This document shows, piece after piece, positions 37,701 through 48,122 of a stretch of 64,000 bases of DNA. Origin of the DNA: Asterias rubens (Eukaryota); assembly GCF_902459465.1 (NCBI RefSeq), contig NC_047071.1:9114001-9178000 (forward strand). Direction: 5' to 3'. Every line of letters begins with the position of its first letter. Position 1 is the first letter of the stretch. Made by a program: the position numbers and the translations under genes. The notes beneath the pieces are model-generated. The model made no database searches and was not told the DNA's origin. It was given only the letters and a program-made list of their open reading frames with translations.

Positions 37701-39768
37701 GGGTGTAAATAATCCGAGTGGTGGAACAACGAATGGAACGTCGGGTACAGGCGTGAACGGAAATACGACAAACACAAATCCAAGTGGTGGAACAGCAGCT
37801 GGAGTTCCAGATCCTGGGGTTAACGGAAACCCTGGCGGGGGAACCTCTAGCAATAATCCGGGTGTAAATAATCCGAGTGGTGGAAAAACGAATGGAACGT
37901 CGGGTACAGGCGTGAACGGAAATACGACAAACACAAATCCAAGTGGTGGAACAGCAGCTGGAGTTCCAGATCCTTGGGTTAACGGAAACCCTGGTGCGGG
38001 GACCCCTAGCAATAATCCGGGTGTAAATAATCCGAGTGGTGGAACAATGAATGGAACTTCGGGTACAGGCGTGAACGGAAATACGACAAACACAAATCCA
38101 AGTGGCGGTACAGCAGCTGGAGTTCCGGATCCTGGAGTTAACGGAAACCCTGGCGGAGGCACATCTAGCACTAATCCGGGTGTAAATAATCCGAGTGGCG
38201 GAACAACGAATGGAACGTCGGGTACAGGCGTGAACGGAAATACGACAAACACAAATCCAAGCGCGACTGATCCTAGTGGTGGGGGAACGGCTAACGGGGT
38301 TCCGACTGGTGGGGCAGGAGGCAGCGTTCCGGGATCTGGAAATCCTGGTTCTGGATCACCAAACGTTCCGGGAACCCCAGTGAATGGGCCAGCAGCAGGA
38401 ACCCCAGGAGTGAACACTAGTAATGGAAATCCGAACTCCGGGCTTCCGGGTAGCCCGACCAATGGAGGTAATGGCGGAAGTGCTGTCACTCTATCACCAA
38501 TTGTGACTAAAATGAATAAACCTCTACTACCCACACCTGTAATGTTCGAAATACAACCCTTTGCTCCTCAACAAGGAGACGAAAATAGCAAGAGTTCAGA
38601 AGAGTCAGAAACGAACAAAAGGAAAAAGGGTTGGACCGGAACTGTTACCTCAGACGAGTCTGGGGGAACGGGAACCTCAACTGGGACCGGGGGAACTGGT
38701 GGGACTGTGGGAACTGGAACTTCGAGTGGGACTGGAGGAGCTGGAACCTCAAGCGGGACCGGTGGAATAGGTGGGACTGGGGGAACTGGAACTTCGAGTG
38801 GGACCGGGGGCACTGGAACATCAAGCGGGACCGGGGGAACCGGTTACCCAGGAGGCACCGGGGGTTTTGGGGGAACTGGGGGAACGGGAGCTACTGGTAC
38901 GGGTAGTGGAGGGCAAGGTCGTACTGGAGGTTCGGGAGTTGGCACCGGAGCTGCCGGAGGAGCAGCTGGTAGGGGGACGGGAGGGACGGGAGGGACGGGA
39001 GGGGTGGGTGGCACGGGAGGCACAGGTGGAACTATGGCAGGAGAAGGTTCAGTTGGGCCTTTCGGGCCCGGTGTGGATTTTGGGTCGGAGGGATCAGTTG
39101 GCGGAGAAGGCACCTATGGCAATGGAGGAACTGATGGGAGAGGCGGTTACGGTGGAACTGGAACCGGAACTGGTACTGATACCGGCAGGGGTACAGGCAC
39201 TGGTACCGGCTCCGGTACAGGAACTGGTACTGGAACTGGAACCGGAACATCAGGCTCTACCGGGTCAGGGACTGGGACTGCTAGCTCTGGTGGAAGGCCA
39301 GGCTTCGGTATTCCAGCTGGACGGGGAACCGCTGTCGGAATACCAACTCCTAGCCCGAGAGATCGGTTGACACGTCTTCCAGTTGACGGGAACGGTAGGA
39401 TTCCGTCGGGACGCGGACAGAGCCCGAACCTGCCCGGGCAAAACCAGCCAGGTATCGGCGGGGGGACGGGGCAAGGAGGTGTCAAGCACGGTACAAGTGG
39501 TGTTTACGACGAAACACATCCCAGTGTTACGGTAGGGGGTATCGTCAACCACGTCAATGGACAGAATGACACATCGGGAAGGATTACCGGCGGGGCGATC
39601 GGTGGCGTAGTCGGGGGCCTCGCACTGATAGCCGGAGCGGCTGTTGGAGTTTACTTCATCAAAAAGAAACGTACCAATGTGCCACTGATCAACAAAGCAG
39701 GAACGTATGAAACAATCGAGATGAGCACACAAAGAGATTCGGTTCCACTGGAAACAGCCGAAGGGTAG
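34710..39768 (+). CDS. Cluster gene 4: large repetitive Gly/Asn/Thr/Pro-rich type I membrane glycoprotein, 1308 aa; join(34710..34761,35894..39768)
   Basis: Exon 1 is ccaagATG...TCT G|gtaaga (MAAIWLLKLFLVCSLAS). Acceptor catttaattacag|tc at 35894, phase 1, in frame with the 1304-aa ORF; joined CDS is 3927 nt. Twelve 53/57-aa repeats, a Gly-Thr region, TM GAIGGVVGGLALIAGAAVGVYFI, then KKKR and a short tail. Confidence 0.87.
34968..35280. mobile_element. MITE fragment in gene 4 intron 1
   Basis: Starts ttaagccattggaccctttcggt and contains ccgatgaccgattgagcctaaattttcacaggtttg, related to the family A interior. Confidence 0.55.
35356..35470 (-). mobile_element. tRNA-derived SINE fragment (related copies at about 45757-45900 minus and 20464-20527 plus)
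   Basis: Reverse complement reads ctagatagctcagttggtagagc...ggttcgaatccc; shared flank ttgaacaaaga. Confidence 0.65.
36290..38265 (+). repeat. Coding tandem repeat in gene 4: 12 units of 159 or 171 bp with an 819-bp higher-order duplication
   Basis: GVPDP occurs 12 times. Measured spacings: 159 bp (36782/36941/37100) and 171 bp (36451/36622). Variant markers recur at exactly +819 (aatctgagt 36562/37381; agcaaaaat 36712/37531). Confidence 0.95.
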
Positions 39769-39855
39769 TCTATTACAACACCCTTAAGACTGTTCTTATG
39801 GGTATCAATTAACAATCCATCCAATATACTATTGGGTTTACAAAGTAATTTTGAG

Positions 39856-40200
39856 TTAAAGGAACACATTGCCTTGGATCGGGCGATTTGGTCTTTAAAA
39901 AGCGTTTGAAACAGTTTTTTTTATGAAATGCAAATGGTTAGATAGATAATTTCAAAGTAGATCATAATGATCATCAAAGACATGCCTCGAAATTGCAAGG
40001 TTTTTCCTTTTACGTCGCGAAGAAACACGGTCGGCCATTTTGTCGAGCCCAAATTATGACTCCATAATGGCCGGCCGTGTTAGTTCGCGACGTAAAAGAA
40101 AAACCGTGCAGTTTGAAGTGATACTTGTGTGGATCATACATTCTACTTTTAGAGTAATTTTTGAACCCTTTTATTTCATAACGAACATAAAACTCTTTCA
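39856..40200. mobile_element. MITE family C, 3'-incomplete copy just downstream of the gene 4 stop
   Basis: ttaa-aggaacacattgccttggatcgg start and family-C internal palindrome; the right TIR is not seen. Confidence 0.7.
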
Positions 40201-41774
40201 CCAACGTCACATGCGGCTACACTTTGCACTTAATTTGACATTTTTGGAGTAAAAACTACTTTGTCAAAGGCAAATTAGGCTATGCCTCTTAGTTGTTAGA
40301 ACCTTTGAATGTTTCCATCCTATGAAACTAACCTATGAAAATATCATTTCAAATGGTGGTCGTGTTTATGTTGTATCGCCAAAAATCCGGAGCGAATGTC
40401 CAAGCAGGAATTGAAACTCTAAATGGGAACACACACCCAAAGAAGCGTTACCGCGGTAACGCTTTTTTACACTTAAATGTTCTGGAGTTAACAGTGATAT
40501 ATTTTCAATAGCCGCAGCACTTCGTAAATACTGCGCACTTTGCTGCCTCAGTTTCCAGACTTAAAACCGAAGTCATAGTAAAGACCATTAAATAAAATGC
40601 AAGTTCAGCATGCATCGTCCACGATGTGCACTGCACAACCAACGTATTAATGTCATTTTTAGGATCATTGATGATGGCGTCGGTTGCATTGGGCCAGAAT
40701 TTTACATTGAAATGTGCATCGATATCATTGCTTGACAAGGTATAGAAGACATTATTTTACTAGACATTGATTTTTTTCTTCTGAGAAAACTGAAGTCTAT
40801 AACCATGTGTAACTGTCAATAGTATACACATTAAGGCCTAAATGATTTTGGTTGGAATCAGTTTTGCCTCAGTTTTTCAAAATAATTCCCGACTAATAAT
40901 TCATATCTCGAGGAAAGTGCATAGGGAAAGGGTTGTTTTAAGAACTTCACTATCAGTCAATTTGTTTAACTTAAAATTGACCTTTACCAATCCTGTATTG
41001 ACACCAAACTACTGAATAAATAGTTAAATATTTAGCACGGGAATCACGATGACAAGTTGCCATTGGAACCTAGTTAAATAATTCGTATGGAAACCAGGAA
41101 ACACAGATAACACAGGAACTTCTGCAGCCCCTTGGATTGATAAAAAAAAAAAAATGTATTTTAAGAAATGATTAAAACGAAAAATAGAAAAGTTATATGA
41201 ATTGAATAATTAAACAGCAAAGTTTTGATTGATTTTGTACAATTTCAAAGCTAATTTCAGGTTTCACACCGTCAATGTATCATAGAACGCAGGTGCCCGT
41301 GAAAGTGCGGGAGACTTTTTTATCACACGTTTAAGCGACGTAAGTGCTTATAGTTGTATGCGTTCGAGTAGCTTCCCTGAGTCGGCCCTGGTCTGCCCCG
41401 GTACGTTCGAATAGCTTTGACGGGGCTCACCCGGGTCAGCCCCCCCCCCCCCCCCCCCCCGTGCCCTGCTTGTGGAGTGGGCCACTTGGGGTGACCTGAG
41501 GTGCACGCCGTCACCACGGGAGGGCGAGTGTGATCGTTCGATTAGCTCTTGTCAGGGACTCACACGAGTGAGCACTGCGGGGTCGACCTAGGGAAGCTGA
41601 ACGAACGCACCCATATCTTTGTCGCAAACACCCATTGCGCAAGCGCTAGTTGTTGAATGGGGCGCATGCTAGGCCAGAATGCACCTCATTCCACGCCGTA
41701 CCGAGAACACACTGGCACCGAGTATTTGTGATCAGGTGAAAGGACACCTCAAAATGATTCAAAACCGATGAGAC

Positions 41775-42022
41775 CTGGGGCCAATTTCATAGAGCTGCTT
41801 AAGCAAACAATTTGCTTAAGCACGAAAATAGCTGGCTTATTTTACACACGTTACTGGCCAAAATGTCATGCCATATACATTGCTCGAGACTGGTATTTAG
41901 CTGTTGTTTACTTAGCATAACAATTGAGTGGGGTCTTGGCCGATAATCTGATTTTACTAAGCAAGGAATTGTTTGCTTAATCAGATTGTTTTGCCTAAGC
42001 ACCTCTATGAAATTGGGCCCTG
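41775..42022. mobile_element. MITE with gggccaatttcatagag TIRs (a right-end fragment also at about 6750-6830)
   Basis: ggggccaatttcatagagctgcttaagca ... tgcctaagcacctctatgaaattgggccc. Confidence 0.8.
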
Positions 42023-43196
42023 ACAAATATATTTAGATCATTACATCACTGCTTTGACTACAATGTAAAAAACTTGAAAGCTAACATTGATTTGTAGAAA
42101 AAAATGTGATATCAACCTGAAAAAAATAATAATAATAATACGAATAATTGTTTTTGAAATATCGCTGTGAATATTGACGTACTTTTAAAATCACTGCTAT
42201 TTTTTAAGTGACGGTGTTTGTTAACGTTGAGGAAATTGTCAAAATATTGTCGGTTTTGACATTATAGTGTTTTGATTGTACAAATAACTAATTTAAAGGT
42301 ATCAGTTTGAACTGTATAATAAAATAAGTGTGAAGTAGTTATGCTATGTTTAACAATGCACATAGAAACACTGTATAATACACATGCGATTTTGTGCATC
42401 ATTTTATGGGGGAAATTAGATTAATTTTTCTATTGGCCCCGTATTTAAGAACACGAACATCTCTACATAATTCCATATGACACATTTATAAGTTACCCTT
42501 TCTGTTTTGTTCCTGATCTGAATAAGTAAACCATACTTAATTACAGACCATACGGTTGGAGTTCGAACTGCATAGTATACGAACTTGATTTTGGAGTATT
42601 ATCGGCTGTAGACCAATGATCGTATTCGGTGTGACAATAAACCAAATCAAAGTAACTACAACTCTAAAAACTACCGAGTCAGCACTGACCCGGGTCCTAG
42701 TTCTGTTCAGCGGGAACTGGGTTAGTTTGTCCCAGAATCTATAAACGGGGTCAAAATAACGCAGAACCCGAGTTGGAAGACAGTTAAAGAAAACGGTTCA
42801 GGTTAATCTGACCCGGATTGAGTCAGGCCACATTGAACCAGGATCCAGGTCAACACTGACCATGAATGTTTTAGAGTGAAGTAGGGGCTACTGCGACCCA
42901 CCCAGGTTTGATGTTTTGGACCCGGCAGCTCAAAAGTACTGGTCAATCAGTCCTTGTCGGTGGTTTCTTAAAGAGTAAACAAACAAATAATACCGATTGG
43001 TTAGAGAACAAGTTAAGTGCAAGTGGAACCAGAAATAAATAACTTCAAATACGCTAACAGAGTTTATTTGTGGAACGTTGTATTAACTGTGACAATTCGG
43101 CAATAAATTTCTTTCAGTCAAATATTATATGGAGTTAAAGATTGTGTTTGTTTTGCAGTCGCCTCATAGGTTTTAAAGTGAATAACTTAGTTGTAA

Positions 43197-43214
43197 AACA
43201 ACGACAACGACAAT

Positions 43215-43266
<52 letters not shown>

Positions 43267-43273
43267 GCGACAG

Positions 43274-43309
<36 letters not shown>

Positions 43310-43495
43310 TGACAATGACAATGACATGGACAGTGACAGCAACGTCATTATCATGGACAGCGACAGCGACAATGACATCGACAGTGACAGCAACAGTGAC
43401 AGTGACAGTGACACCGACAATGACAGTGACAGCAACAACGACAACGGCAGCAGCAGCAGTACCAGCAGCAGCAGCAACAAAAACAACGACAACAA
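43197..43495. repeat. Compound microsatellite (ACGACA)n - (ACAGTG)n - (GCA)n
   Basis: Directly visible hexamer and trimer arrays; they produce stop-free ORFs on both strands. Confidence 0.9.
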
Positions 43496-43618
43496 AATCA
43501 TACAGTTCACACTCGATACAAACGTATGGCAAACAATATGACCAGTAACTTTAAATGACACTCAACCACGCCCTATGTAGCGAGAAACCACGCCTTTTTG
43601 AAACATCACTAAATTAGT

Positions 43619-44007
43619 TTAAGGAACACGTTGCCTTGGATCGGTCGAGTTGGTCTTTGAAAAGCGTTTGTAACCGTTCATTTTAAAATGCATATGATTA
43701 GAAAGATGTTTTAAAAGTAGAATACAATGATCCACACACCTTTGCCTCGAAATTGCGTGGTTTTCCTGTTACTTTGCGAACTAACACGGTCGGCCATTAA
43801 TGGGAGTCAAAAAATTGACTCCCATAAGGGGCCGACCGTGTTTGTCGAAGAGGTAAAAGGAAAACCACGCAATTTCGAGCGATACTTGTGTGGATCTTTA
43901 TATTCTACTTTTAAAATATCTTTCTAATCATATGCATTTTATAACAAACGGTTACAAACGCTTTTCAAAGACCAACTCGACCGATCTAAGGCAACGTGTT
44001 CCTTTAA
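43619..44007. mobile_element. MITE family C, full copy
   Basis: ttaaggaacacgttgccttggatcgg ... ccgatctaaggcaacgtgttcct-ttaa. Confidence 0.85.
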
Positions 44008-45409
44008 CCCCACGTGGAACATTTGATTGGAAACACGTGAATAAAAGAATGCAACCTTTATTAGAACCACAACTTATTCGTAAGACATTGTGTATTTGTG
44101 TGCCGACTATAATGTACACTGAATTATAACCAGAGCAAAAAAAAATAAACAATCCCGCTTGCACCTGTTCTCGATTGTAGCTCGGACTACATTCAGGTAT
44201 CAGTCAACAACTTATTTGTAAGTACCACACAAATAAGTGTTTCTATTATTGAAAACATACCAGTTTTAATAAATTGTGCTCCATGTGGAGTGTTACCAAA
44301 CAAGAAGAAGCATTATACATAACAAAGCGAACCCCCAAATTCAAACCCAAAAATGATGTATTTTTTAAAGAAAAACATATGAGTGAAAAAAAAAAGAATG
44401 TATTCAGATGAATTAAAAACTTATTATGTGAGTTGCGGATGAACTACTGAGTAAAAACAAAACAAAAATTGAAGAGACACAAAGAGAAACGCATGTTGTT
44501 GCGACGAACGAATAACCATTAACCCTTGTTACTAGGCGTATTGACCTGACCTGACGGCCAAAATGTCTGACTAAAAAACTGTTTAACAAAGAACCGAAGA
44601 ACAGATACGCACAAAATTCATAACAATAATTAACATTTTAATAAAAACAAAAAATAGTAATAACATGATAGCTCAATAGCTTAAACATTAAACTGTGAAC
44701 CGCAAATATGTGAAGACACAGTTTGTCATGACGCATAACAAAGCCCAATAAATGCCAATCGATCATTTTGAAACAGATAAGGGGAAATGTCAAATGTGAT
44801 CGAACAAATTCGATAGAAGTTTCAACCAGGAGACCGACGCGTGAACTATGCATAACTATCGGTTACTTCATGTGACATTCAAGTTTATCTTTTTCCTCTC
44901 TTTCTTATATTTCTTTTAACCCGTTGAGAGTGAAGGTGGAAGACAGAAACAGATGACTGCTCTTATAAGTTTGCTCCTTGGCCTTTAACACTTCCCCGAA
45001 GCTTGTCTTAAAGACGTGACGGCTCCCTGTAGGTGCTCAACTCTACACGGACCCCATCTCTCTTCTAATTCTACGCAAACTGTGGGGGGACTCCTGCCTG
45101 CAAGACAAGATCCACTGACAGGAAAACAAAACACAGCGGATGTGGGACCTTAACTCGGGGGGCTTCTTCTGGCCGGCAAGCGACAGCAGCAACTAAACTA
45201 CGCTCCCAATAATGAAGAGACTACTATAATTCGATTAGGTCTCGTGTACGGTGAGGCGCTCTGGATCAACTTCAAGCTGCGGAAGGACCGTCTATTTTTT
45301 TCAAGTGGACGACCCATAAACCGCACTTGGTGTGGTAGAGACCCACTTAAACTCTCTTTTGTTTTCAAAGCTTCGGGAGGTCCAGACATAGGACAGGAAT
45401 CGAGCCGAC

Positions 45410-48091
45410 ATGTCTTCCCGTGGACAAACCTCTCTCCTCGTGACGGTGATTTTGATGGGTAAGTCTGGCATGTTTATTAGCCAACAATGCTGACTTTTTT
45501 TTTTTTTTTTTTGCGATTCATCCCCTATGCTTAACGCAGTCATTCACAGTCAGCGCCATTGGGCGTAGCGTGAGTAAGAAGGGGATGGGGGTTAAATTTA
45601 AGTGAATGACGCAAATGGGGAAACGTCTGGGTAAGGAAACGCGACACGTGAGCATGGTTGAGCATGATTCAGAGACCTCAGGAAGAGAGTATTAACGATA
45701 TGTTCTTATTTATAAACCAACTCAACCGCAAGACGTGAATAACGTTTAAATAATTTTGGGTTGAACAAAGAACAAGTGACTAGATTTGGACTTGAACCCG
45801 CGACCCCCAGTTTAACATGGCGACATGCTTCCAGAGTGAGCTATACTACAGCCCATTGTTAGCTTTCCCCTTTCTCCTTTTTTTGTCAATATTTGTGTTG
45901 TTTAATGTTTGAAGCCCCGCATGGTGTTAAGAATAAGAATAGTAAACTTGTGCGTACAAACATGTAGGTCCATAGTCTCTGTGTTACTTGTAAAAACTAT
46001 TAAAAGGCAGTGGACACTATTGGTTACTCAAAATGATTTTAGCATAAAACCTTACATGGTAACGAGTAACGGGGAGCTGTTGATAGTACATTGTGAGAAA
46101 CGGCTCCCTCTGAAGTAACGTAGTTTTCGAGGATGAAGTAATTTTTTTTCCACGAATTTGATTGCGATACCTCACAGTTAGATTACAAGGTTTCGAAATC
46201 AACCATCCCGAAGCACACAAATTCGGGTGACAAGGTTGTTTCTTTTTCTTTCATTATTATCTCGCAACTTCGACGACCAATAATTGAGCTCAAGTTTTCA
46301 CAAGTGTGTTATTTTATGCAATATGTTGAGAAACACAGAGTGAGAAGACTGGTCTTCGACAATTATCAATAGCGTCCAGTGTCTTTAAAAACACTGGCCC
46401 TATTGGTAATTGTTAAAGACCAGTCTTCTCACTTGGCGTATCTCAACATATGCATAAAATAACAAACCAGTGAAAATTCGAGCTTGATTGGTCTTCGAGG
46501 TTGCGAGATAACTATGAAACACGAAGTTGTGTGCTTTCAGATGCTTGATTTCGAGACCTCAAATTCTAAGCTTGAGGTATCGAAATCAAATTCGTGAAAA
46601 ATTAATTCTTTCTTGAAAACTACGTAACTTCGGAGGGAGCCGTTTCTCACAATGTTTTATACAACCAACCTCTCCCCATTACTCGTTATTAAGTGAGGGT
46701 TTATGCTGATAATTATTTTGAGTAATTACCAACAGTGTCCACTGTGTTTAAATACAACGTAACGTTTTTCCTTCACCCTATCATTTCAAAAAAGGAACCC
46801 CATTATAAAAACAAAAACAAAACATTTTTATAAGGCATATGTCATAACACCGTATATAATTGCATTATATTTCGTATAGGAACTCTACTACAGACAAGAT
46901 GTAATAATAAAATAAATAACTGATTTTAGTAAGAACATCATCAACAAATTTAGAACAAGTTCCTCACATGTTATTGTTTATTCATTACGTTTGATTAAGC
47001 TATCGTAACATAACCGAATCAACAAATGCAAACGCCTGGCAACTTTCGTTTAATCTAGCACCCTCCTCGGTTCAGTATAAACGTAATTTCGCTTTGTTTT
47101 GTTTATTTAAAATAAGACCAAGTATGGACTAGGGTTTGTTGAACAGTTGTACATGCACATCGATCCTTAGTGGTGTATTTCTGGGAAAATAACATAGCAT
47201 ATTGAGGTTGGAGATGACGGAGACCTTAGCAACATTCCAGTGACCTTGGATGAACAATTCCATCTGATAGACAACATTTGTTAAATCGTTCACTAAAAGG
47301 TCACTCAACGTTCGGAGACCGAACACCAACATAACAAACGACGTGTTCGTCTGCTGTTCATATCATTATAATAATAACAACTTCATTATCAAATATGTGA
47401 TGCTATCATAGCCAATACTTGGTATCCCCCTACTCCTACAAATTATATACAATTACAAACTGTATAAAGTTTTGTTTCCTGTCTATAATCTGAACAGATT
47501 AGAGCAATGGTGTGCTATTTGCAGTAACGGTATTTCACATACCAACCATTGAAAGAGTGCCATAATCTGATAACAATACCAAATTCCCCACCACGATCAT
47601 ACAAAGGCAGCATAGTTAACACTAAAAGAGGGCGGGGGGTAGAATGTCTTAATTTAGGCATGAACATATCAGTTATTTCGAACTGGAATAATCATTAGTA
47701 CAATGGTTGGGAAGCATGATACAGTTCAAGGCATTTCAGAAGTTGAGCATTAGGAGGGGAGAAGGCAAGTATTGCACAGTATCGGTCGGCCTTGGGAGCA
47801 GATGCAGAAGGGATGGGATGATGTGGCAAGGCGTGTATACTGCGAGTGGAGGTTGGTCTGAGAGAAGAGACAAGTGAGATACCTTCTGGCCACGAGATGC
47901 CAGTCATTTTAGTCGACCAGAAATTATGAGAAAAGCCCTGTCAGAAATTCACACAGTTATTAGGGATATTACGACCATTATGAACTAGCCAAAATAAGAA
48001 AAGGGCCGTATGGTAACTGTTCAAAATAAACAACTACAACATAAGTGCTGACGAGAGTTTTTGTATTTAAAAAGGTAATCTTGAAAGTAAG

Positions 48092-48122
<31 letters not shown>

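Noticed and set aside
36390-38534. 714-aa minus-strand ORF and other antisense ORFs over genes 1-7
   Set aside because: Antisense shadows of GC-rich repetitive coding exons; no splice context, signal peptide or independent features.
36290-39300. Collagen assignment for gene 4
   Set aside because: Gly is not in sustained Gly-X-Y periodicity.
47695-47907. Possible LINE C-terminal zinc-knuckle remnant, and an IMGEFDF endonuclease-like word near 5770
   Set aside because: Needs frameshifts and lacks key residues; too weak to call without an HMM search.
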